Virus record (IMG/VR): IMGVR_UViG_3300021959_006010
Span: 211,367 to 275,366 of that record
Strand: one strand, 5' to 3'
Length of the DNA: 64,000 nt
Shown in pieces: positions 54,554-64,000 of this stretch. Position 1 is the first letter of the stretch. Each line of letters opens with the position of its first letter. The notes beneath the pieces were generated by a model that saw only the letters and a program-made list of their open reading frames with translations, did no database searches and had not been told where the DNA came from. The translations under genes were made by a program, and so were the position numbers.

Positions 54554-57500
54554 TTAACCCTGACTTTCTGTCCAGCTAATACGTGCAAGAACTTGTTCGT
54601 TTCTAGTACCTAGGTTACGTGCATTAATAGTTAGGATGTCTGGTCCATCTGGATAAACGTTTCCGCCACCTAAAATACTATTACCTAGTTCTCGAATCTG
54701 GGTAATGTTTTTCTCTGTAACGGAGAATTTACTATCACCCTGTTCAGTATAGAATGTAAGCACAGTATCACCTGCATCCGGTGCTGGTGATGTACCAACA
54801 ATTGAGTGATCTAGATATTGACTAATACTACCGTTACCTACTGGTTCCCAGTTAGCGTCGCTATTAAAAAGAGTCGTTTCTGAGTTAATTTTAACTGTAA
54901 TTTCAAAAATACCAGTTGTAACAACCCCGATTTCTTTCAAGATAATCGCTGATCTGTTAATTAGATTACGTACACCGAACGGACGTCCAATACCGTTGTC
55001 CACTGATGGTGCAAGTCTAATACTAACTAGAGGCGCACTTCCTGACTGCGAAACAGTTAACGATGAGTTATTTGAACCTGTAAATAGGTATGATTTGTCT
55101 TCGTCAAATCTACCATCCATAATAACCGAAACACCCCAGTGGCTAAGTGACGGACCACAGTTGTTATTAAAACTAAACACTGTATCACCAGCATCCGCTG
55201 TTGCATTCGAAGTTCTGCCGTATTCGTTTCTTTGGTCGATATCAAATGTTGTATTGCCGCCTGATTGAATACCTTTAGTATATTTTATAACTTCGTAGTT
55301 TATCATTACTCGACCCTTTGCTGGGAATTTTGCAGCATCTTCGTTTGTCATTTCAAAGGTAGTAGCTGTGCTACCCATGTTTGCTGTAAGAAGACCTTGC
55401 TTAGGAGTAGTTGCAATTTCAAATCTACCAGGTAAGTTACCTGAACGCATATACGCTTCGGTGTTTACGTTGTTGTTTGGCAGTTCGTGACAGTAAATAA
55501 TAGTACCATCTAATCCACGCATACCCCAACGAATTTTACCCGCACCATACCATGAGTAATCAATAAAGATCATCTGCATTCTATTAGGGTTAAACACAAA
55601 GCCGCTTGGGCCGCTGCCGTCCATAGGATCGATTAAGAAGTCGTCAATTGCTGTAATAGTATCTTCAACTTTGTTAAATTTAATATTTGTTTCAGTTTCT
55701 GTTCTAATGTCCGGTTGTACAGTCATACTAGTATTACTGTTAATGGCTGTGACTTTATACGTACAACCTTTAATAGATATATAGTTACCAACTGCAATTT
55801 GTGTTAAAAACTTAGTGTTTGTTCCAGTAACTGCCGAACTGTCTTGTGTTACGTTGATTGTACCTGTTAGCTGCTGTGTACTTGCACGTTTAACTGCATA
55901 CAATGTAGTGCCGTCATATTCATAAAAAATACCGTTTTGATCGTCAAACATACCATCTCGAACAACAGCATCTCTATAATTAATTACACCTACTTTTCCT
56001 AGGCCGCCTGGAGCAAAGTCTGTTATAGTAGGATCTATTTGGATTGCAAAGCCTTTAGGACCTACTACTTGTTTTACCCTGTAAATACCGTTGTATAAAT
56101 CAGGTCCTGATGCAGCAGATAATCCGCTAATTTCGATTAAGGCACCTTCTCTATATTCATCCGGTTGTGCAAAGCCGTGGTCAGTTTCACAAACTATGTT
56201 TAGATCATAGTAAGGATAGTTTACTGGGTCATACACGTTTGTTGTAACACTTAGACTTAAGATTTCGTAAGTCGGACTAAACAGAACACCAGTGGAGAAC
56301 TGGATACCTTTACCTGACTGATAACGGAAGTATTTACGTGTCTGTCTAATAATTTGTGTGTTAGGCGCTGTTGTACCTGGCCTAATTTGAACACCACCGT
56401 CTACATATCTATGTAGACCAACTGCTTCTGAACGAACAAAAACGTTTGTTGTAGCTGTACTCAATGTAGTAGTTGATGTATACAATGTATCGGCAGTTGT
56501 TCTGTACTCAACTGCTGTTTCTGATTGAATAGCAACAACCTCAAAAGAACCGATGTGATCTTGTCCGCTTTGGTTGTCATCAACTACATAAAGTCTTTGT
56601 CCTGGGAAGAAACTGTGTGGACTTGTAAAGTTAATTACAGCATTAGTTGTTCCATTTACTGACTGAATAGAGTTGATCGGAATAGCCGCGCCTGTAAAGA
56701 ATCCGCCTGTATATATTGTTGTATACTGCGTATTATACGATTGTCCTGTTTGTACTTCTTGACTTGCAGTAACAATAACAGTTTGCACGTCTTCTACTGT
56801 TTTTACAAGGAAAGAACCATCAACGATTGAGTTAAAGCTTTCTCTAATAACAACAGGTTGTCCAACATAAAATGGTACAAGCGGAGTTGAGCTAACAGCA
56901 ATTCTAATGTCTCTTGACGCACCAGTTGAAGTAATAACTCTAAATGCTTCTCCCGTCTGGGGATTAGATCCTTCTGAAGCAACATATGCATTGTTTGTAC
57001 CGTCACCTAGTACAGGTGCGCTACTTCCACTAACAGTACCTGTTACTTGTACATAGTGTATGTCGATAATATTACTGTTAGATCTAAAGTGTGCTTCTAC
57101 AATATGTTCTGTGATAGTTCTGTTTGCATATGTACTACCTTCCCAACGTATAATAAAAATGTTTCCTACTGTACCAGTATACAATCTTCTCAACATTCTG
57201 TCGCCTGGTAAAAAGTTAATGTGCGGGAACGGCGGGTTGTTACCGTCTAAACTAGAATACGTACTTGATCCGCCTCCAAATGTAAGATAACCGTTTGTAC
57301 CTACATATACACTAGAATAAAACTGTCCTAAGAATTCAATATTAAACGGCAAGTTAACAATATAGTTAGAGTCATCTGAGTTACTATTAAAATCTCTATC
57401 TAGTGTTAGACCACTTGTACCATTTGGGTTATATGTGAGTGTGCTAATACTACCTGTAGCTTGTCCTCCACTAACTGGAGTAATGTTACTAATTTCGTCT

Positions 57501-58456
57501 GCTGTAAATGCAGGTTCGTTTGCTTTAGAATACACACTTGGAATGTTGTTAATAAGTTCTACAGTTTCCCATTTAGTACCTTGTAACGAGTATTCAAAGT
57601 CAGTATCAATAAGTGCTTGTGGTTGCGATACACGCATTTTTTCAACTGGATCCTGATAAGTTGGATGCGGTTGTACGTAAATGTTATCATCTTCCCAGAA
57701 TATTTGAATCTTGTCAGTCGGGTTCATTCTGGTTGTATCGTAATCTAACTTAATTGTAGTTTTGTCTACTGGCTGCTGCTGATAGATAACTTTAATAGTT
57801 TTAGATGTATCAGCAAATGTATATAAAATCTCACCACGTGTTTGGTTTGTAATAACCAAAAGCTTTTTAGCATCATAGTTACCAGTAACTTCAAGTTTAC
57901 CTTTATAACCTTGTGGCGCAACTTCTGCTGGAAGTGCTGTTAACCCGCCGTCGATAACATCAGTTAAGTTTGTTAACAGTGCAGTAATACGAGAATCAGC
58001 GCCAGCTTCTGCTGCAAATCCTACAATTTTAACTTGTGCGATTTCAGTTTGATAAACCGGAGTAACTGTAGTATTAGTAAAAATATAATTGTTTATAAGA
58101 CTAGTAACATAGTTATAAACTGCTACTTCAGGCGCTCTATCGCCGTCAACTTGCGGTACGTTTCCTACCCAATAAAAACTAGAAATCTGTCTAATATTTG
58201 GATTTCCGCCATATCTTACATCGTCAATTAATGCATCTAAAACATAACCAGCATCTCTTTCACACTTGTTTGAATTATATGTATAGTTCTGGAATGGTGC
58301 AATGTTATTTGCAACTTGGTTTGCTATATAACCTACTATGTTTTTTCGAATATATTCTTTGTTTTGGAGTAATAATTCTACAGCATTTGGATATGCATTA
58401 TAATCTTGATTTACTCCTGGTGTAAATGTGTACTTAAATATCTGTTTCTTTGCCAT
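54554..58456 (-). CDS. large virion structural / fibre protein
   Basis: 1300 aa; KCERD.GY..DA...D..YGGN, RVS.PQ.LIDTDFEY, RQTR.YFRYQSGK, WYGAG motifs seen in large-phage structural proteins. Confidence 0.75.
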   Translation of the reverse strand: MAKKQIFKYTFTPGVNQDYNAYPNAVELLLQNKEYIRKNIVGYIANQVANNIAPFQNYTYNSNKCERDAGYVLDALIDDVRYGGNPNIRQISSFYWVGNVPQVDGDRAPEVAVYNYVTSLINNYIFTNTTVTPVYQTEIAQVKIVGFAAEAGADSRITALLTNLTDVIDGGLTALPAEVAPQGYKGKLEVTGNYDAKKLLVITNQTRGEILYTFADTSKTIKVIYQQQPVDKTTIKLDYDTTRMNPTDKIQIFWEDDNIYVQPHPTYQDPVEKMRVSQPQALIDTDFEYSLQGTKWETVELINNIPSVYSKANEPAFTADEISNITPVSGGQATGSISTLTYNPNGTSGLTLDRDFNSNSDDSNYIVNLPFNIEFLGQFYSSVYVGTNGYLTFGGGSSTYSSLDGNNPPFPHINFLPGDRMLRRLYTGTVGNIFIIRWEGSTYANRTITEHIVEAHFRSNSNIIDIHYVQVTGTVSGSSAPVLGDGTNNAYVASEGSNPQTGEAFRVITSTGASRDIRIAVSSTPLVPFYVGQPVVIRESFNSIVDGSFLVKTVEDVQTVIVTASQEVQTGQSYNTQYTTIYTGGFFTGAAIPINSIQSVNGTTNAVINFTSPHSFFPGQRLYVVDDNQSGQDHIGSFEVVAIQSETAVEYRTTADTLYTSTTTLSTATTNVFVRSEAVGLHRYVDGGVQIRPGTTAPNTQIIRQTRKYFRYQSGKGIQFSTGVLFSPTYEILSLSVTTNVYDPVNYPYYDLNIVCETDHGFAQPDEYREGALIEISGLSAASGPDLYNGIYRVKQVVGPKGFAIQIDPTITDFAPGGLGKVGVINYRDAVVRDGMFDDQNGIFYEYDGTTLYAVKRASTQQLTGTINVTQDSSAVTGTNTKFLTQIAVGNYISIKGCTYKVTAINSNTSMTVQPDIRTETETNIKFNKVEDTITAIDDFLIDPMDGSGPSGFVFNPNRMQMIFIDYSWYGAGKIRWGMRGLDGTIIYCHELPNNNVNTEAYMRSGNLPGRFEIATTPKQGLLTANMGSTATTFEMTNEDAAKFPAKGRVMINYEVIKYTKGIQSGGNTTFDIDQRNEYGRTSNATADAGDTVFSFNNNCGPSLSHWGVSVIMDGRFDEDKSYLFTGSNNSSLTVSQSGSAPLVSIRLAPSVDNGIGRPFGVRNLINRSAIILKEIGVVTTGIFEITVKINSETTLFNSDANWEPVGNGSISQYLDHSIVGTSPAPDAGDTVLTFYTEQGDSKFSVTEKNITQIRELGNSILGGGNVYPDGPDILTINARNLGTRNEQVLARISWTESQG

Positions 58457-58466
58457 TTATAATTCC

Positions 58467-58979
58467 TTACGCTCCAAATGCAACTGCAAATACTATAGCT
58501 GCATTTGTTGCGCCGCCTGCGCCTGCAACTAGCTCTCCGTTTGAGTATAGATCGCCAGCATAAACATCACCTGAGATACCTACGCCGCCTCTTACTACAA
58601 GTGTTCCTGATACTTGGCTTATTGCAGCAACATTACCGTTAACCTGTAGCGTACTTGATTCATTATCAACTCCGGCTCCCATGATAGCTCTACCACCGTA
58701 TTCTACAATTCTAACATTGCCGTCTGCATCAACTTCTAATTTTGGAATACCTGCAATATCGTTTACTGTAAAAATTGTATTCGATGTATCGTTAGTTACA
58801 CTTAACAATTGCCCTGACGATGCTTCAAAGCTTACAGTACCCGATTCAAAAGGATATGCACTAAGACTTACATCTCGGGCAGTAGTAGCTGAATCTGCTC
58901 CGCTAAAAACAATTTTAGGGTCGTCAGTTGAACTACCTACGTTAGGTGTGATAACAATATTTTTATCAGAATTAGCCAT
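58467..58979 (-). CDS. tail fibre-associated protein
   Basis: G.LVVRGGVGISGD.Y, C-terminal A.VFAVAFG. Confidence 0.7.
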   Translation of the reverse strand: MANSDKNIVITPNVGSSTDDPKIVFSGADSATTARDVSLSAYPFESGTVSFEASSGQLLSVTNDTSNTIFTVNDIAGIPKLEVDADGNVRIVEYGGRAIMGAGVDNESSTLQVNGNVAAISQVSGTLVVRGGVGISGDVYAGDLYSNGELVAGAGGATNAAIVFAVAFGA

Positions 58980-59012
58980 TATGATTTCCTATTATATACA
59001 TCTATTTATCAT

Positions 59013-62000
59013 TTATATGTTACGTATTCTAATATAGCCGAAATCGTTACTAATGTTCTGCGATAAGGTTACAGTTGCGTTAGCATCAGCATAACTGCCT
59101 CCGCCACCTCCGTGACCTCCGCAACCATTTGTATATCCGCCAGTTCCGCCGCCTGAGTATCCACCAGCGCCTCCGCCGTATCCGCAGTTGTTGGCACCAC
59201 CGCCACCGCCGCCAAAGCCTCCGGTACCAGTGCCGCCTTGATTAAGTCCTCCAGTTGCGCCGTTTACAAATCCTAAGCCGTTTGATCCTCCTGAACGAAT
59301 AGTAGTACCAAACTGACCATCACCAAAGAAGCCACCGCCGTTCCATGCAGCAATATTAACCCCGTCGTTAGGGTTAGCAATTCCACCAAATCCTACAGGC
59401 CAACCTGGATCTGCGTTGTAACCAGATCTATCGCCTGCTCTACCAGGTTGGTTAAGGTTTGCATATCCTCTAGCGTTGTCTTGTCCGTTGCGGTTTTGAC
59501 ACGATCCGCCGCCGCCACCTGCAATTACTAGTGGTTGAGCTGTAGCTACGCTAGAACCTGTAGCTACAAATGTTCCGCCTCCGCCGCCGGCACCATTGCT
59601 GTCGCTAGTTACAGTGTCAACAGATTGTCCTGCTAGTAATATTAAATCAGTTCCTTGTGCAAGTTCTAATTCTGCTACAATTTCTGCTCCAAAATTTTCC
59701 GGAGTAAAGTTATTACCGTTATCGTGTCCTCCACTACAACCTCTAACAGTTATTTCGTATAATGCAGTAGCAGGTACTGTTATTTTATAATACCCAGTAA
59801 AATCATGGTCTGCTACATAATTTGAACTAGTATATACATCTGTAACAGCAAATGTACCTGCGTTTTGTCCTTTTGATTGTGCTTCAAGTGTAAAATCTAA
59901 CGGCGAACCTTGTTGAGTTACACTTAGAGTAAACGTATTACTTGCAGTTGCATTTGTAATATCAGTTATAGTTACAGTATATTGCGCTATTGCTACTTCA
60001 ACCGCAGACGAACCAGTTATAAAGCCGGTGCTTGTATCAAAACTAAATCCTGCAGGTAAGCTAGGAGAAATACTATAAGTAACGCCGCCGAAGCCGCCTG
60101 TACGAGTTACTGGTTTAATATTAATAGCAGTGTTAGGCTCTACATCAATCGAAGGCTCAGATGTAACTGCACCTAAGGGCTGAATACTAACTTCTAGTGC
60201 AAATTGTCCTGTTTCTACTTGATTAGTTGGTGACAATTGATCTGTAACTGTTACAGTATGTTCTACAGGACCATATGGAATATTCGGTGTTCCTGTAATT
60301 TGTCCTGTACTAGTGTTAAATGTAAGACTATCCGGTACTGCTTGCACCGAAATTATACCTGACATATCTGGTTCAAATTCCGAAATATAATAATAAGTTC
60401 CTGGAGTAACACTAGAAGTATCCCATGTTATTGTTCCAAAATCTGTACCATTGTTTGTTATTCCAGTAGTTACAGCGTTACCAGTTCCGTCTACTCGTAC
60501 AGTCTTAATCCAAAACGGATGTCCTTGAGCTGAAGATGTTATATCTTGAGTATTAGTCGAAGGAAAGCTTCTTCCTGCTCCCCAGATAATACGGACGCCG
60601 CCATCAGCACCGTTTCCGCCGAATGAGCCACTACTAGTATCGTGGCCAGATCCGCCGCCACCGCCAGGCCAGCCTCCTACGCCGCCGCGCCCAGTTGTAG
60701 ATTCTTGTGCTAAGTTACCACGGCTTCCGCCTGAACCGCCGCCTCCAGCAACGTTTGTGCTAACCTGCGTTGTAGTTCCTGTACTAGTGTCATTAGTACC
60801 AGCAACACCATTACTACCTTCGCCTAATAATCCGGTGCCGCCGCCACCGGCGCCACCATAAGAGTTACCTGTTGTTACACCACGGCCGCCTGCGCCGCCG
60901 CCGGCACCGCCTGCGCCTGCTGTAGCATTGACAATTGTATTAAATCCGCCAGTTGATCCTGCTCCAGTGCCTCCATTGCCCGAATAACCGCCAGCACCAC
61001 CGCCGCCTGACGATAGATAAGGTTGGCCACCACTAGAATAGTTACCTACACAAGGTCCGCCATTTCCGCCGCCATCAAATGTGCCTGCTGGGGAACCACC
61101 TTGTTGGTTTTGGAATCCACCGCTATAACTTAATCCGCCGCCGTGTTGTCCGCCAGTAGCAGTAACAGTTATTGTTCCGTTACTAAAAGACGAGTCTCCG
61201 CCATTACAACTTGCAATAGTGCCGGGTGCAGCAGTATTTGCACTATTTGTTGTATAACCTGTTCCTACGCCGCCTGCGCCAACAGTTACGTTATAACTTT
61301 GTCCTGGTGTAACTGATATTGCGTTTTTATAAGCTAAGCCACCGCCTGCCCCTGCTTGTCCGAAATATGCTGCACCTGCTCCTCCAGCGCCTACACATAC
61401 AACACTTACCTCAGTTACACCGACAGGAGCAGTCCATTGATAAGATCCTGCGGTGTTATAAACTTGTTGACCACTTTGGAGACCTTGAGCATCTACATTA
61501 AATTCTAATGTAGTTCCTTGTATAACCGAAATATTAATATTATTTCCACTAGTAGGACCCGAAAATATATAACGTTGATCGTTATCGTCGATTACAGAAT
61601 AAGAAAACGTGTCGTTTGGTTGAGAGTTTGTTGGCAATGCAGGACTAATAGAATAAGATATAGTTCCAAATCCGCCGGAGCCGGCTACTGGTATTCCGCT
61701 AAATGGAGAATTTATCGGTCCTGTAAAGTTGGGTATATTAACGCTCGCCACTAACGGTTCTGCACTAATATTTAGAGTAAAGCTAGCCGAAGCTAATTGA
61801 TTTAACTGATCTCTTACTTCAATAGTATAATTGTTAGATCCTATAGAATTTACAATACCTGTTATTTCTCCTGTAGCATCGTTTATTGTGACGCCGGGCG
61901 GGGCTGATGTAAAGCTGTAAAAATACTCTCCATTGCCTCCTGATCCACTAACTGGAGTTGCTGTAATATTTCTGCCTACAATTCCTTCGACAAATGTATT

Positions 62001-62720
62001 GTTTAAAATAGCAGTTAGTGTTCTAGCAACTACAGGAGTATATGTTCGCTGTCTAAATGCTATATAGTTTGATCTTATTTCTTCGTCGCTTAGAGCATTA
62101 TCATAAACTCTTACAGCTCTAATTTTACACGGAGCATAATTACCACTACCTCCGTTGCGTATGTTTAATACATCATCACCAATAAAATTGTTTGTAAAGC
62201 CGGTTTTTGTTCCTACTAATAATCCATCTTTATATGCATAGAACACACTATTTAATCGTTTAAACGCAATACAATTCCATTGATTTAATGTTAAATCCCA
62301 ATTTGTAATGTCTGCTGCTGTATTAAATGATCCGGCATTTACTGATATTTCGCCACTTGTATTAGCACGTAAATCAAGTGTGCTTGAATCAGGAAAACTA
62401 GTCATATGTAATGTAGTACTAAAACTAGTAGGATAAACCCAAATTTCTACAGTAAAATCGCTAGTTAAAAATCCAGCATCGGGTCCAGTATTAGTATCAT
62501 AAATTCCCGGAACATTAACACTTTCAGCTTGTCCATTTGCAAAAGAAATATCACCGTCAACATTACTAATTGTAGGAGTACCTAACAAATAACCAGTATT
62601 TTCTCTGCCACTTAGGTCATACCATTCTTGGCGTCCGATATTCCAAGAATCATTTTTCATAATGTCTAAGTTAACTAATAAACCTGTTATCTTTAGTTTT
62701 GGTCCATTATATGCTGCCAT
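59013..62720 (-). CDS. glycine-rich fibre protein with LamG, putative Ig and ALK/LTK-like Gly-rich domains
   Basis: WYDLSG..N, VYDNALS.EEI..NY; LP.G.SF...TG.ITG Ig repeats; W.AP.GV..V.VVCVGAGG and poly-Gly tracts. Confidence 0.8.
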   Translation of the reverse strand: MAAYNGPKLKITGLLVNLDIMKNDSWNIGRQEWYDLSGRENTGYLLGTPTISNVDGDISFANGQAESVNVPGIYDTNTGPDAGFLTSDFTVEIWVYPTSFSTTLHMTSFPDSSTLDLRANTSGEISVNAGSFNTAADITNWDLTLNQWNCIAFKRLNSVFYAYKDGLLVGTKTGFTNNFIGDDVLNIRNGGSGNYAPCKIRAVRVYDNALSDEEIRSNYIAFRQRTYTPVVARTLTAILNNTFVEGIVGRNITATPVSGSGGNGEYFYSFTSAPPGVTINDATGEITGIVNSIGSNNYTIEVRDQLNQLASASFTLNISAEPLVASVNIPNFTGPINSPFSGIPVAGSGGFGTISYSISPALPTNSQPNDTFSYSVIDDNDQRYIFSGPTSGNNINISVIQGTTLEFNVDAQGLQSGQQVYNTAGSYQWTAPVGVTEVSVVCVGAGGAGAAYFGQAGAGGGLAYKNAISVTPGQSYNVTVGAGGVGTGYTTNSANTAAPGTIASCNGGDSSFSNGTITVTATGGQHGGGLSYSGGFQNQQGGSPAGTFDGGGNGGPCVGNYSSGGQPYLSSGGGGAGGYSGNGGTGAGSTGGFNTIVNATAGAGGAGGGAGGRGVTTGNSYGGAGGGGTGLLGEGSNGVAGTNDTSTGTTTQVSTNVAGGGGSGGSRGNLAQESTTGRGGVGGWPGGGGGSGHDTSSGSFGGNGADGGVRIIWGAGRSFPSTNTQDITSSAQGHPFWIKTVRVDGTGNAVTTGITNNGTDFGTITWDTSSVTPGTYYYISEFEPDMSGIISVQAVPDSLTFNTSTGQITGTPNIPYGPVEHTVTVTDQLSPTNQVETGQFALEVSIQPLGAVTSEPSIDVEPNTAINIKPVTRTGGFGGVTYSISPSLPAGFSFDTSTGFITGSSAVEVAIAQYTVTITDITNATASNTFTLSVTQQGSPLDFTLEAQSKGQNAGTFAVTDVYTSSNYVADHDFTGYYKITVPATALYEITVRGCSGGHDNGNNFTPENFGAEIVAELELAQGTDLILLAGQSVDTVTSDSNGAGGGGGTFVATGSSVATAQPLVIAGGGGGSCQNRNGQDNARGYANLNQPGRAGDRSGYNADPGWPVGFGGIANPNDGVNIAAWNGGGFFGDGQFGTTIRSGGSNGLGFVNGATGGLNQGGTGTGGFGGGGGGANNCGYGGGAGGYSGGGTGGYTNGCGGHGGGGGSYADANATVTLSQNISNDFGYIRIRNI

Positions 62721-62740
62721 TTATAACCCTTTTAATTTAT

Positions 62741-64000
62741 TTATAATTTCTCTATAAGTAGAGATCCATTTCGTGTATCTGCATAGTTAATACCACTTGC
62801 ACCTACTGTTATTGTAGTATTTTGAGCGCCAGTAGCTTGTACTATTGATCCGCCGCCTGCGCCTGCACCCCAAGAAGTACCTGTTCCAGGGTTTGTATAG
62901 CCGTCGCCAGCGCCACCACCAGTGTATCCGCCACCGCCACCAGCTGCGTTACCGTTACCACCAGCGCCGCCGCCACCGCCAAAGCCGCCTGCCATTGCAA
63001 CTCCGTCTTCTGATGATCCACCTACCCAACGTGTTCCACCTTGGCCGTTGCTTGGGTGGCTGTCTCCATCTGAGAACCAGCCTGCACCACCACCTGAACC
63101 GTTATATTGTTGTGTGTTACCACCTGTTGAAGTAGACTTACCACCTTGTCCTAAGCCGTTATTACCGCATGATCTGTTAGCTGCTCTAGTGTTTACTCCA
63201 AATGTTTCGCCTGCTGTTGCTTCGTTACTTGTAGCTTGATCACTACCGCCTTTGCCGTTGCCGCCTGTTGAGCTGTTACTTCCGTGGCCTGTTCCGCCAC
63301 CACCTCCGGCTACTAGTATTAATCCTGTTCCTCCTATAGTACCTTCGTATACCCAAGTACCTCCGCCACCACCAGCGCCATTACCGCTGCTAGATGTAAT
63401 AGAGCTTGGTTTTTGTCCGACTACAATATTTAGAACTTGTCCTGAAGTTAAAGGAATCTCAGATACAACAGTAGCACCTGCTCCAGGGAATGCAGGGTTA
63501 AAAGATCCACCATGGATGCCACCTGTTGCACCTAATGCAGTAAATCTATATGTTCCTGTTGCTGGAACAGTCCATTGCTGAACACCTTGTGTTACTACAT
63601 TAAAGTAGTTAGTGTCAAGTAACCAAGGATTGCTAGCAGTATCATAACTGTTTGTTAATTCAGTTAATGTTGGACCAGACGGACCGTTAATAGGAGAAGT
63701 AAATTCAAAACTATTAAATGCATATAGTGCTGGTGTACCACCGCCTCCACCGCCACCAGTAATTGAAGTTTGGGTGATTGTAACATAACCGTCAGCATTA
63801 CTGTTGTACGCACTTAGATTTTCAACAGTTCCTGTATATGCAGTGTGTGGTTCGGTGCCTGTTATAGTAAATGATCCGTCACTTGTTTTAGCAGTGCCTG
63901 CTTCAGCTGTGTCAGATATAAAGCCGCCGCCGCCACCTGAGTAGTTACCATTAGAACAGTTACCGCCACCCGAGTAGCCACCACCGCCTCCAGAGCCGCC
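62741..64000 (-). CDS. glycine-rich (ALK/LTK GRD-like) fibre protein, 5'-truncated by the window edge
   Basis: frame open from 64000: GVQQWTVPATGTY.F.A.GA.GG...L..GQ.L.IVVGQ, many GGGG tracts. Confidence 0.8.
   Translation of the reverse strand, partial: GGSGGGGGYSGGGNCSNGNYSGGGGGFISDTAEAGTAKTSDGSFTITGTEPHTAYTGTVENLSAYNSNADGYVTITQTSITGGGGGGGTPALYAFNSFEFTSPINGPSGPTLTELTNSYDTASNPWLLDTNYFNVVTQGVQQWTVPATGTYRFTALGATGGIHGGSFNPAFPGAGATVVSEIPLTSGQVLNIVVGQKPSSITSSSGNGAGGGGGTWVYEGTIGGTGLILVAGGGGGTGHGSNSSTGGNGKGGSDQATSNEATAGETFGVNTRAANRSCGNNGLGQGGKSTSTGGNTQQYNGSGGGAGWFSDGDSHPSNGQGGTRWVGGSSEDGVAMAGGFGGGGGAGGNGNAAGGGGGYTGGGAGDGYTNPGTGTSWGAGAGGGSIVQATGAQNTTITVGASGINYADTRNGSLLIEKL

Noticed and set aside
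62741-62995. 84-aa stand-alone ORF
   Set aside because: It is the C-terminus of a longer frame that stays open to the window edge.
20442-64000. Stop-codon reassignment or introns/inteins in core genes
   Set aside because: Helicase, UvsW, UvsX, terminase and sheath are full-length and uninterrupted in the standard code.

Overview
A 64-kb segment of a large lytic T4-like myovirus genome. It carries T4-type replication and recombination genes (gp41, gp61, UvsW, UvsX, UvsY, gp32), packaging and virion genes (gp17, gp4, gp13/14/15, gp18, gp19) and glycine-rich fibre genes. A Shemin-pathway ALA synthase suggests an alphaproteobacterial host (inference). Positions ~8080-19610 form an early/host-takeover island of about 23 near-consensus sigma70 promoter-gene cassettes plus three tRNAs, flanked by two structured non-coding boxes. 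Best candidate novel system: 19 of the 23 promoter-proximal early genes carry the non-canonical Shine-Dalgarno-like hexamer GAGGGC. The 3' UTR of the early P-loop ATPase (14698-14846) folds into four tandem RNA hairpins whose loops each display the exact complement, GCCCUC, suggesting a multivalent anti-RBS RNA acting on the whole early regulon. Many late genes look leaderless or use AGGAG and would escape it. Other strong signals: a ~3.3-kb zone with near-total, strand-specific exclusion of TC/CC dinucleotides that even shapes protein composition; a second structured ncRNA (15301-15444); IHF-consensus repeats and GCGAAGC mini-hairpins at the island borders; a 186-aa mini DnaE core; and a carbamoyltransferase with a tiny PFIY-motif partner peptide. 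All product calls come from motif recognition by eye, and no database searches were run.
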